Below are positions 33,683-42,246 of a stretch of 64,000 nucleotides of DNA, one piece after another. The stretch is taken from the IMG/VR virus record IMGVR_UViG_3300028780_000001. The stretch is one strand, 5' to 3'. Within the stretch, counting starts at the first letter, position 1. Every line of letters starts with the position of its first letter. Both the position numbers and the translations under genes were made by a program. The DNA comes from a virus. Below the pieces are notes generated by a model that ran no database searches, was not told the DNA's origin, and saw only the letters and a program-made list of their open reading frames with translations.

Positions 33683-33942
33683 AGCTATCAGAACTCATGC
33701 GAGACCAGAATCGCGTAATCAAAAATGCCATTCCGGAAGCGCTCAAAACGGTACGCGGCGCTATGGCGATGGCGCTCGACTCGCCAGTCCCAGAATTTGT
33801 CGAAATGGGTCGAGAACTGGCGAGCAAAGAAGCGGTTTTTATGGCGATGGGCGCTTTCCAGTGTTACTTCGACATGATGGAACTGGTAATAAAGATCATC
33901 GATGCGGCGGAGCGGTCGCAGGAGGGTCAAGGTAATGGGTAA
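33679..33942 (+). CDS. hypothetical protein
   Basis: GTGA overlap with dnaE stop. Confidence 0.5.
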   Translation: MKLSELMRDQNRVIKNAIPEALKTVRGAMAMALDSPVPEFVEMGRELASKEAVFMAMGAFQCYFDMMELVIKIIDAAERSQEGQGNG

Positions 33943-34363
33943 CAAACAGCGCGAGTCCGCCGCGTGGAGTAATTTCTCCGACTCTATCGATAGGGGTCGA
34001 CTTCTGACGCATCGCGTCGAGAACATGGAAGGCAACGGCACGCCCGACGTTATCATGAAAAATAGCTACGGGACCGTTATATGGTGCGAGAACAAGGCGC
34101 TCGAAGTATGGCCTAAGCGCCCTACTACCTGCCCCCTAAAAAATTCGTTCGAGCGCGGTCAACTAGGCTGGATGCGTGAATGGAAATTTAAAAACGGTCA
34201 CGCGTTCTGCCTGCTGCGCGTCGAAGATAAGGAGTTCTATCTGCTCGATCCGGCATGGCGCATTGAAAATAAGACGCGCGCCGAACTGCTAATTCTGGCG
34301 AAAGCGACCGGCAAGACACAGATTATCGAATTCCTGTACGAGCTACGGAACAATGGACTATGA
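33935..34363 (+). CDS. VRR-NUC/PD-(D/E)xK-like nuclease
   Basis: GTPDVIM...VIWCENKAL (D...E.K) core; sits directly upstream of SNF2 helicase. Confidence 0.55.
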   Translation: MGNKQRESAAWSNFSDSIDRGRLLTHRVENMEGNGTPDVIMKNSYGTVIWCENKALEVWPKRPTTCPLKNSFERGQLGWMREWKFKNGHAFCLLRVEDKEFYLLDPAWRIENKTRAELLILAKATGKTQIIEFLYELRNNGL

Positions 34364-35892
34364 AAACCAAAGGAATGAAACACCAGTTGCGCGGTCTCGA
34401 CGCGAGCGAAGGCAAGCGAAACTTCGCTTTCTTTATGGAGCAGGGAACGGGAAAGACATGGGTAACGCTGGCCGACGGCGAACGATGCTTCGTCGGTAAC
34501 AAGATCGATGCTGTCGTTGTGTTCGCCCCTAAAGGCGTTCACTCGAACTGGGTTCTGCGTGAGATTCCTAAACACCTTGGTGTTGCGAGCGTTTCTTTCG
34601 CATGGAATGGGCCTGTCAAGACGAAAAAACAGAAAGAGGGTCTCGCCCGCCTGTACACGTCGGAAAGTCGCTTTACCGAGCCAACCCTTCGAATCCTGTC
34701 GATCAATTTCGAGGCGATGCTGCGACCTGAAGCGATCGAGGTTGTCCGGGAATTTATGAACAGCTTCCGCGTAATGGCTGTTGTCGACGAATCGAAGAAA
34801 ATCGGCAATCCAAAGGCGAAGCGGACCGTCAACATCATTAATGCCGGGCGCGCGGCAACCGCTCGACGAATCCTGTCGGGTAAGCCCCTTACCAAGGCGC
34901 CGATGGACCTTTTTTCTCAGTTCGATTTTCTGAAAGAGGGGTTACTTGGCACTACTTCGTATCGGGCGTTCGTGAGCGAATACGCCGTTCTGCTCGACCC
35001 CCAGTCGCCCCAAATGCAGGGTTTGATTCGCAAGATGGGTCCGAAAGCAGCGTTCGCACAGGTCGTCGCGACGGAGAAGGTCGTCGACGAGGAAACCGGC
35101 GCTACGGTCGAACGCAAGCAATACAAAAACCTCGACAAGCTCGCGGCGATGATTGCGCCGCATGTATTTCGCGTACGCAAGTCTGAGTGTCTGGACCTTC
35201 CGCCAAAGGTTTACAAGAAGGTTTATTTCGACATGACCGACGCGCAGCAGGCCGTCTATGACGAACTGAAAAACGAACTGGCATACGCGAGCCAACAGGA
35301 GGGTCCGCAGTCGTTCGTTGCAATCGCCGCGCGCGCCAAGATGCAACAGTGTACCAGCGGCTATATCAACGTCAACGGTAAGCCCGAGATCATGGCGCCT
35401 GAAGACAATCCGCGCATGCGAGAGTATCTGGACGTCGTCGATGATATCCCCGAAGACAAATCGTTCATTACGTGGGCGATCGGGCGCGAAGAGATTCGAC
35501 AGATTTGCGTCGCGCTCGAAGCAGAGGGGATATCGTATGTTGAGTATCACGGCGGCGTAAGCGACGAAGATCGGGAAATTGCAATCGATGATTTCCAGAA
35601 TGGTCGGGTCCGCGCGTTCGTCTGCAACAAGGCCGCGTATGCAGGGCTTACCCTGACGCGTGCAACGTACTCGCTTTACTACTCGTGTGATTTCGACAAC
35701 GACGTGCGCGGTCAATCCGAGGATCGCTGTCACCGTATCGGCACGACCGAAAGCGTGCTGTACGTTGACTTCATCGCTCGCGGAACGATCAATGAAGATG
35801 TTGCCGCGAGCCTGGCGTTCAAGGATCACATCGCCGATATCGTGATCGACAATGATCGAAAAGAGGTTGCGACATTCGTCGAGAATGGGTAA
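34360..35892 (+). CDS. SNF2-family helicase
   Basis: MEQGTGKT motif I, VVDESKKIGNP motif II, C-terminal helicase lobe (QSEDRCHRIGT). Confidence 0.85.
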   Translation: MKTKGMKHQLRGLDASEGKRNFAFFMEQGTGKTWVTLADGERCFVGNKIDAVVVFAPKGVHSNWVLREIPKHLGVASVSFAWNGPVKTKKQKEGLARLYTSESRFTEPTLRILSINFEAMLRPEAIEVVREFMNSFRVMAVVDESKKIGNPKAKRTVNIINAGRAATARRILSGKPLTKAPMDLFSQFDFLKEGLLGTTSYRAFVSEYAVLLDPQSPQMQGLIRKMGPKAAFAQVVATEKVVDEETGATVERKQYKNLDKLAAMIAPHVFRVRKSECLDLPPKVYKKVYFDMTDAQQAVYDELKNELAYASQQEGPQSFVAIAARAKMQQCTSGYINVNGKPEIMAPEDNPRMREYLDVVDDIPEDKSFITWAIGREEIRQICVALEAEGISYVEYHGGVSDEDREIAIDDFQNGRVRAFVCNKAAYAGLTLTRATYSLYYSCDFDNDVRGQSEDRCHRIGTTESVLYVDFIARGTINEDVAASLAFKDHIADIVIDNDRKEVATFVENG

Positions 35893-35919
35893 AGTGAGGG
35901 CTCTCACCGAAAGGTTGTC

Positions 35920-35994
35920 GTCGCGTTCATCTAGCGGTTAGGATCACAGGGTTTCATCCTGTTAACACGAGTTCGAATCTCGTACGCGACTCCA
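35920..35994 (+). tRNA. tRNA-Glu (anticodon UUC), CCA encoded
   Basis: Hand-folded cloverleaf: acceptor GTCGCGT/ACGCGAC, D stem ATCT/GGAT, anticodon stem ACAGG/CCTGT, loop GTTTCAT, T arm ACGAG-TTCGAAT-CTCGT. Confidence 0.7.
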
Positions 35995-36034
35995 AAGAGC
36001 CCTTAAGAGAATTTATAGAAAGGATCAGAAATGT

Positions 36035-36376
36035 ATGAATGAACCCCGCGTTTTCGTACCGCAAGTCGTCGAGCGTTACAACAATGACAAGGGTCGATTC
36101 GAGCCTGTCTTTGACCTTTCGACGGCAACGGTTTTCGGCACGCTAACCCCGATCCTGAATCCGACCGACAACCCGATTTACCTCGCGCGCTTAACGAGTC
36201 GTATCCGCGATGGACTGAAAGACTTCGACGCGGACCGGGACTGTTTTCTTGCAATTGGTGATCCGTCACTGATCGCCGTTTGCTCTGGACTTATCCTGCG
36301 TCGTCAGAAGCAGTTCAAGATGTTGAAATGGGATAAGAAGATGACCCGCTACATTGTTATGGATATCAACCCATGA
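36035..36376 (+). CDS. hypothetical protein
   Basis: AGAAAGGATCAGAAA leader upstream. Confidence 0.55.
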   Translation: MNEPRVFVPQVVERYNNDKGRFEPVFDLSTATVFGTLTPILNPTDNPIYLARLTSRIRDGLKDFDADRDCFLAIGDPSLIAVCSGLILRRQKQFKMLKWDKKMTRYIVMDINP

Positions 36377-37005
36377 GCGATATTCAACCGCAGCAACCCG
36401 ACACGTTTGACGATGAGCCGGGGATCAGTGCCGATGATATCTTCGGCGTGGGCGACGCGCCCGACATGACCGCTGCAGAACAGGGCGACGCGCTCGAAAA
36501 ACTGATCGAGCTTGCAGAACAGTTGCGCGCCAAAGACGCCGATGTTGTGCTCGCGAACGAAGCGCTCGCGCTGGTCAAAGGCGAAGCGGACACGCTTCGT
36601 TCGCGGACTATTCCGAACCTTATGCAGCGCCTGAAAATGATGTCTTTCACGCTCGAAGATGGTTCGGAAATCAAGATTAAGCCCGATATCAAGTGCTCGT
36701 TGACCGTCGAAAAGAAACCGGCCGCGCTTGCCTGGGTTCGCGCTCGCGGCGACGACGGGATTATCAGGAAGGAGCTTACGCTGTCATTTGGTAAGGAAGA
36801 CGAAGAGAACGCAAAGAAAGCCGAAAAGCTTTTGCGTGAACAGGGTTTTACACCAGACATCGGCGAAAATATTCACCCGCAAACGCTGAAGTCGTATGTC
36901 AAGGAGCGCATGGAAGCGGGCGATAACATTCCGCTCGACACGTTTAGCGTGTTCGAATACAAAGAAGCGAAAATAACGCTTCCCAAAAAGAAAAAGTCGA
37001 AGTAG
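36373..37005 (+). CDS. acidic N-terminus/coiled-coil protein (possible recombination or DNA-end-binding accessory)
   Basis: ATGA overlap; no firm motif. Confidence 0.5.
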   Translation: MSDIQPQQPDTFDDEPGISADDIFGVGDAPDMTAAEQGDALEKLIELAEQLRAKDADVVLANEALALVKGEADTLRSRTIPNLMQRLKMMSFTLEDGSEIKIKPDIKCSLTVEKKPAALAWVRARGDDGIIRKELTLSFGKEDEENAKKAEKLLREQGFTPDIGENIHPQTLKSYVKERMEAGDNIPLDTFSVFEYKEAKITLPKKKKSK

Positions 37006-37052
37006 CATTCAATCCGCTGTACCAACAATTTTTCAGAAAGGAATCAGAAATT

Positions 37053-37967
37053 ATGGCAACTGCAAAGAAAACCGCGTCGAGGCCTGTCGATCAGGAAGCG
37101 AAGCAAGAGGTTCTGGCGTCTGCTTCGACGGCTGTCGCCGAAGTCAAGCGCACCGCGATCGCCGCGCCGTCGTTTATGGACGCTGCGGACATGGGCGCGG
37201 GTTTCGAGGGTGCGAGCGCGGACGCTTATGCAATCCCCTTCCTGCAACTGCTTCAAAAGATGTCGCCGGTTGTCGACGAGGACAATCCGAAGCACATCCC
37301 AGGCGCCAAGGCCGGGATGTTCCTGAACACGTTGACCGGCAAGCTGTACGATGTGAAGTCGAGGCCGCTCGACATCGTACAGTCGGCGTACAAACATTCG
37401 TTCATTCTTTGGGGCTCCCGCGACGGTGATCAGGGCGGTTTCAAGGGCGAAATCTCGCCGGAAGACATGGATTCGATCGTCGCCGACGGCAAGGTCGAGA
37501 ACGTGAACGGCAAGCTGATCGTGAAGAACGCCGACGGAACGTTCGATGTCAAGAAGTCCGATTACTACTCGGACACGCGCGCCCATTACGTGATCGTGAT
37601 CGACCCGGATACCGGCGAGAGCATGGCTGCGATTCTGTCGCTGGCGTCGACGCAAATCAAGTCGTCGAAAACGCTCATGACGATGCTGCAGAACAAGAAG
37701 GTCAGTATCGGCAACAAGATCGGCACGCCCGCGACGTACGCCAATCGCATCAAGCTCACGACGACCGTTCAACAGAACGATCAAGGTACCTGGTCGACCG
37801 CCAAGTTCGATCTTGACGGTCTCGTGACGGACGCCGAAATCTTCGTTCAGGCGAAGGAGTTCCATAAGGCCGTCGCGACCGGTAAAGCGAACGTCGACTA
37901 TTCGAAATCGGTCGATACGGGCGAAGGCAATGTGACCGGCGCACCGAAGCAGGCAGAAGGCTTCTAA
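37053..37967 (+). CDS. hypothetical protein (possible ssDNA-binding/annealing role by position only)
   Basis: AGAAAGGAATCAGAAA leader then ATG. Confidence 0.5.
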   Translation: MATAKKTASRPVDQEAKQEVLASASTAVAEVKRTAIAAPSFMDAADMGAGFEGASADAYAIPFLQLLQKMSPVVDEDNPKHIPGAKAGMFLNTLTGKLYDVKSRPLDIVQSAYKHSFILWGSRDGDQGGFKGEISPEDMDSIVADGKVENVNGKLIVKNADGTFDVKKSDYYSDTRAHYVIVIDPDTGESMAAILSLASTQIKSSKTLMTMLQNKKVSIGNKIGTPATYANRIKLTTTVQQNDQGTWSTAKFDLDGLVTDAEIFVQAKEFHKAVATGKANVDYSKSVDTGEGNVTGAPKQAEGF

Positions 37968-38049
37968 ACGTTTTCCGCTGCACTGGGCAGCATCTAACCG
38001 GCCGGGCCTGTCATGGCCCGTCTATCAAAACTTTGTAGGAGTATTGCAA

Positions 38050-38274
38050 ATGTCCATTATCAACAGTATCGAAGAAGGCGCGGAAAAGGTTCTAAAGGAA
38101 GTCGAAAGCGTCTTTTCCGGCGGTGAAGTGAAGAAGGTCGAGGAAGAAATCGTCGGTGAGGCGGAAGCCGTTGCCGGTGACGTCGAGACGGATGCGAAGG
38201 ATGTCGTCGCGGAAGTCGATCCGAAGACAGAAGCACCTAGCACGCCGACTACACCGACTACGCCCGCTGCATAA
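38050..38274 (+). CDS. small acidic protein
   Basis: AGGAG RBS then ATG 38050; Glu/Val-rich, PTTPTTP tail. Confidence 0.5.
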   Translation: MSIINSIEEGAEKVLKEVESVFSGGEVKKVEEEIVGEAEAVAGDVETDAKDVVAEVDPKTEAPSTPTTPTTPAA

Positions 38275-38363
38275 GCGAACATGAAGAAGTAGACGGGCAA
38301 GTTTCATAGCAGAACGACAGGGCGCTTTGTGTGCCCTGTTCCACCATCAAGAAAGGAAAGAAT

Positions 38364-38693
38364 ATGCCATCAAAATCCCCAGCGAAAGCTGCGGCGGCAA
38401 CGGGAGTCGACCAAAACAAAGAGCAACAGTGTTCTTTGCCTACGGCGCGCGTCACCGTTCAGTCGGAAATCGAATCGATCTTTAACGCGCTCGTTACGAC
38501 CGGCGCGGAAATCGAAGCGCTCGAAAATACTCTTCTGCCGATTGCGCACGGTGGCGTCGTCGGCTCTGGCCAGTGCGGCGACACGGAACCCCCTCCGCAA
38601 CCGCAAGTGATCGACAGCCTTCGCGGCCTGTTGTCGGGCGTCGAGTCATACAACATTCGACTGTCGAATCTGCGTCACCGCCTGGCACTTTAA
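38364..38693 (+). CDS. hypothetical protein
   Basis: AGAAAGGAAAGAAT leader then ATG 38364. Confidence 0.5.
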   Translation: MPSKSPAKAAAATGVDQNKEQQCSLPTARVTVQSEIESIFNALVTTGAEIEALENTLLPIAHGGVVGSGQCGDTEPPPQPQVIDSLRGLLSGVESYNIRLSNLRHRLAL

Positions 38694-38702
38694 GGCGTTA
38701 TC

Positions 38703-38957
38703 GTGGGCATTCGGAAAGTCTTTATCGACTGCTGCAGCGAGAACGACGGTCAGAGCTATGACCTTCCTCGCGTTGCAGCCTTCTTCATGGTCTTTACCGG
38801 TTTTCCATCCTTTCTTGCCCTGACCGCGTACAGTGTTTATTCCGGCCCAGACCACCATTTCGACATGATCGCGTTCGGTACCGCGTTCGGTGCGATCCTT
38901 TCCGGTGTTGCGATGGTGACGGGCTCGATCGCATTCAAGCAACGCAGCGATTTATAA
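38703..38957 (+). CDS. holin-like membrane protein
   Basis: Two hydrophobic helices and charged C-terminus (KQRSDL); precedes spanins. Confidence 0.45.
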   Translation: MGIRKVFIDCCSENDGQSYDLPRVAAFFMVFTGFPSFLALTAYSVYSGPDHHFDMIAFGTAFGAILSGVAMVTGSIAFKQRSDL

Positions 38958-38968
38958 GGAATCCAGAA

Positions 38969-39154
38969 ATGAGTAATGAACGGACCCTCACCCGCAAACA
39001 GCTAGTCGCGGCGTTCGAGGAATGGGAAGAAGAGCGCCGCGCAGAGCCGGAAAATCACGGATTCGAGAATCTGGATGATGGACCCGTCTCAACGGTCGCA
39101 AAAATTCAGGTCGATTACGTCTTTGAACTGGTCGACCGCCAGGAGAAGGCTTAA
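38969..39154 (+). CDS. small acidic protein
   Basis: AAGGAATCC RBS then ATG. Confidence 0.45.
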   Translation: MSNERTLTRKQLVAAFEEWEEERRAEPENHGFENLDDGPVSTVAKIQVDYVFELVDRQEKA

Positions 39155-39723
39155 TGAGCATTCTGACAGACCTTGTACCCGGATCGCTCGCGGCGAAAGC
39201 GCTGATCGCTGTTGCGGTCTGCGATTTCGCCCTCGCGATCGGCGGGTATTACTACGGCCATAAGCAGGAAAAGGCCGCTTTCGACGACTATGTGCAGACG
39301 CAGAAGGCCGCAGCCGAAGCACAGGTTATCGCCAACCAGGCCGCGCTCAAAAAGCAGTCGGCCGACTTCGCCGCGCAAGTGGCGTCGATCCATTCGGAGT
39401 ACACCGACAATGCACAGCATCTTCAATCGGCGCGTGATGCCGCTCTGGCTTCCGCTGCTAGTTATTCTGGCGAGTTGCAGCGCTACCTCGCCAGTCCCCA
39501 CATCATCCGCGTTACAGTGCCCGGCGCTCCCGCCAGCGCCAGCGGAGTTGACGCAGCCGGTTCAGGCGGACTTCTTGACGGGGTATCAAGCCTTAATTGG
39601 TACCTCACCCAGCGGTTCAGCGACGCCGACGCCGACGCCAACGCCCTCAACGAAGCCATCGCCCTGATTGCAAAAGATCGAGCAGAGTGCAATGGCTCTT
39701 TGCCGGGAGTGACGCCGCAATGA
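39154..39723 (+). CDS. i-spanin (Rz-like)
   Basis: N-terminal TM helix, long coiled-coil-like Ala/Gln region, embedded lipoprotein ORF. Confidence 0.65.
   Translation: MSILTDLVPGSLAAKALIAVAVCDFALAIGGYYYGHKQEKAAFDDYVQTQKAAAEAQVIANQAALKKQSADFAAQVASIHSEYTDNAQHLQSARDAALASAASYSGELQRYLASPHIIRVTVPGAPASASGVDAAGSGGLLDGVSSLNWYLTQRFSDADADANALNEAIALIAKDRAECNGSLPGVTPQ
39437..39667 (+). CDS. o-spanin (Rz1-like lipoprotein), fully embedded in +1 frame
   Basis: MPLWLPLLVILASC lipobox, Pro-rich mature part. Confidence 0.6.
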   Translation: MPLWLPLLVILASCSATSPVPTSSALQCPALPPAPAELTQPVQADFLTGYQALIGTSPSGSATPTPTPTPSTKPSP

Positions 39724-40457
39724 TCAAACACGCCGGTCACATCCTGGCGTTCGACAAAGAACGCTTCGGAATGGGTCAGTTAGGCCCGCTCGTTAGCATG
39801 AATCCGAAGTCGTTCTTTGAAGCGGCGTACGCGTCGCTTTTCATCGGGCGCCGTCACGAACTCGAAACCGACGAACGCTTCGGGCAGTTTCTTCCCTATG
39901 TGATTCTGCGTAGGATCGCTCAGGACGGCTCCGTGACGCTGTTCGAATACCAGCGCACCAAAAAAGTCGGGGAAGACCGCCTAGGTGGCAAGAAATCGTT
40001 CGGCGTAGGCGGTCACGTCGATTTGGCCGATGTATGGATCGACGACAACAGCGTTATTGATGTTGTCGCCACGACGGCGCATGCGATCGCCCGCGAAATG
40101 AACGAGGAAATCCTGTTCAGACTCGATCCGCAAGACCCGGTCGAGTCGATAACCATCACGTTCGATGAAGCTCGATACGGAAAGGCTAAAAGCGGCGAGC
40201 GAGAATTCGAGTTCGAGCGAAACTCACTCGTGCCGATTTTTCACGGGATCATCAATGACCTGTCGGACCCCGTCGGCCGGGTTCACTTCGGCTGCGTTTT
40301 CACGATCGACATTCCGGCGTATCTTGAGCCCATGTGCCGCGAGTCGGAACTGATCACCATCGGTATGCGACCGGTATCGGACATCTCAGGCGACGACCTT
40401 GAAAACTGGTCGCGGCTGCTCCTGAACGACATCGATTTTCTTAAGGTGACTGCGTGA
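39720..40457 (+). CDS. Nudix-like hydrolase (divergent)
   Basis: GGHVDL...AIAREMNEEILF resembles a Nudix box; ATGA overlap. Confidence 0.35.
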   Translation: MIKHAGHILAFDKERFGMGQLGPLVSMNPKSFFEAAYASLFIGRRHELETDERFGQFLPYVILRRIAQDGSVTLFEYQRTKKVGEDRLGGKKSFGVGGHVDLADVWIDDNSVIDVVATTAHAIAREMNEEILFRLDPQDPVESITITFDEARYGKAKSGEREFEFERNSLVPIFHGIINDLSDPVGRVHFGCVFTIDIPAYLEPMCRESELITIGMRPVSDISGDDLENWSRLLLNDIDFLKVTA

Positions 40458-41341
40458 GCGAATTTCAGTGGCGAAAGCCCATGAAGGCCGAAGACTTCGT
40501 CGACGAAGCCCTTGTGTTTCCGTATTACGCGTCGGTCAAGCTCGACGGTTACCGGACCATCGTCGACGAATGTATCGCGCGCACATCGAGCGGCGCTCCG
40601 ATCGGTAATGATTTCGTCCGCGATTTCCTGTCGCACGAAAGCCTTGAAGGGCTCGACGGCGAACTGATCGTCGGAGCATGGAACGACAAGCGCGCGTTTC
40701 ACAACACCAGCGGCCCGGTTCGACGGAAGCACGACAATCCCGATTTTCGCCTGTTCCTGTTCGACGATCGTACGCGGCCGGGCGATACGTTCTCGACACG
40801 CTTCAGCATGCTTAAGCATCGCGTATCGGTGATCCAGTCCAGGCACAAACGCCCGATCGAAGCGCGAATCGAAGTTATCCCGCAAACGCTGATATATAAC
40901 CGGGAAGAATTATCCCGCTTCGAAGAGTCCTCGATTATGGGCGGTTTCGAAGGCGTCATGCTTACGCACCCTGAAGGGCATTACAAGTTCGGTCGTTCGA
41001 CGTTGAACGAGAACCTTCGACTAAAGGTGAAACGTTTTATCACCGAAGAGGCGCAAATCGTCGGCTACGTCGAGCAGTTACGCACGCCTGAAGGTGGCAT
41101 GATCGCTAACGAGCATACCGGAATGGTTGGCGCGTTCAAGGTGCATTCCGCGAAGTGGGGCGATTTCGACATTCAGGCGACGTCGCTTTCTTTCAAAGAG
41201 CGCAAAGAGGCATTCGACAATTTCGGCGCGATGTACAACCGCCAGATTGCATCGTTTGAATACTTCCCGCATGGCACGATTGACCGGCCGCGCCATGGCA
41301 TTTTCCGGGGAATCCGGGGCAAAGAGGACATGGCAGAATGA
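40454..41341 (+). CDS. ATP-dependent DNA ligase
   Basis: Motif I VKLDGYR, III LDGELIV, IV FEGVMLTHP, V LRLKVKRF. Confidence 0.8.
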   Translation: MSEFQWRKPMKAEDFVDEALVFPYYASVKLDGYRTIVDECIARTSSGAPIGNDFVRDFLSHESLEGLDGELIVGAWNDKRAFHNTSGPVRRKHDNPDFRLFLFDDRTRPGDTFSTRFSMLKHRVSVIQSRHKRPIEARIEVIPQTLIYNREELSRFEESSIMGGFEGVMLTHPEGHYKFGRSTLNENLRLKVKRFITEEAQIVGYVEQLRTPEGGMIANEHTGMVGAFKVHSAKWGDFDIQATSLSFKERKEAFDNFGAMYNRQIASFEYFPHGTIDRPRHGIFRGIRGKEDMAE

Positions 41342-42072
41342 CAGTGAAACTTACAACCGATATTCTGGTTGCTGGCTGCGGCTCTTCGACGGCACTTGCC
41401 GGGCAATGGCTCGCCGCGATTCAGGCCGCATGCGATGCGCAAGGTATCAGCAACAGCGCTTCAAGCACCGCTGCGTTTCTCGCGAACGTCGGTGTAGAGT
41501 CGATGGGCCTGACGAACCTTGCGGAGAACCTGAACTACACGGCGGTTCGTCTCGCCCAGGTATGGCCGCAGCGTTACGCCGTGAGCCCGCAAACAGACAC
41601 CAAGATTCCGAACAATCTCGCCGTGCTACTCGCTGGTCAGGGCCCACAAGCGATCGCGAACGATGTGTACGCTAACCGCATGGGGAACGGCCCGGCATCG
41701 AGCGGAGACGGCTGGAATTATCGTGGTCAGGGTTTGATTCAGTTGACCGGGCGTGCGCAGTATATGAATTTTTTCGCGGCCATCGACGTACCGTTGAACA
41801 CCGATACGTCAGAACTGCAAACGACCGAACTGGGCGCGTCGTCGGCCGCGTGGTTCTTTGTTGATAGCGACGCGAACGACGCGGGTATTCAGGGGGACTT
41901 CGATACGACCGTCCAGAAGATCAACGGCCAGCCGCCATGCGCGGGTAACCAGGGGTCGCTGCGACAGGCGCGCTACGCGGCTGCGTTACCGCTATGTTCA
42001 GCAGCGAATATTGTTGCGAAGAGTCAGTCGACGAAGAAAACCCAAACCACGCCCCCAGTCCCGCAACAATAG
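41338..42072 (+). CDS. GH19 chitinase-like endolysin
   Basis: NYRGQGLIQLTGRAQY and ANVGVES motifs. Confidence 0.75.
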   Translation: MTVKLTTDILVAGCGSSTALAGQWLAAIQAACDAQGISNSASSTAAFLANVGVESMGLTNLAENLNYTAVRLAQVWPQRYAVSPQTDTKIPNNLAVLLAGQGPQAIANDVYANRMGNGPASSGDGWNYRGQGLIQLTGRAQYMNFFAAIDVPLNTDTSELQTTELGASSAAWFFVDSDANDAGIQGDFDTTVQKINGQPPCAGNQGSLRQARYAAALPLCSAANIVAKSQSTKKTQTTPPVPQQ

Positions 42073-42143
42073 CAGTCAGGACCGCGCGCAACATGCGGTC
42101 TTTCACCGTCGAACCGATCACCTTCACGGCGATGGATGCGATC

Positions 42144-42190
42144 AGCCCCGCTAACTCTGGCGATGCCAAAAAGTTAGCGGGGCTTTTTTC
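42144..42190 (+). terminator. intrinsic terminator at convergent junction
   Basis: AGCCCCGCTAAC 42144-42155 pairs GTTAGCGGGGCT 42173-42184, then TTTTTT. Confidence 0.75.
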
Positions 42191-42246
42191 ATGGTGTTCT
42201 ATCGGCTCGCGGTCGCGCTTGCGAAAGCCGTGCCAGAATTTCTTCA

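Noticed and set aside
34942-35907. 321-aa minus-strand ORF, and similar long antisense ORFs at 27926-28642, 37044-37865, 23902-24774, 31868-32542, 61693-62529 and 62782-63411
   Set aside because: Each lies opposite a gene with clear family motifs or operon context. All are Arg/His/Val-rich shadow frames.
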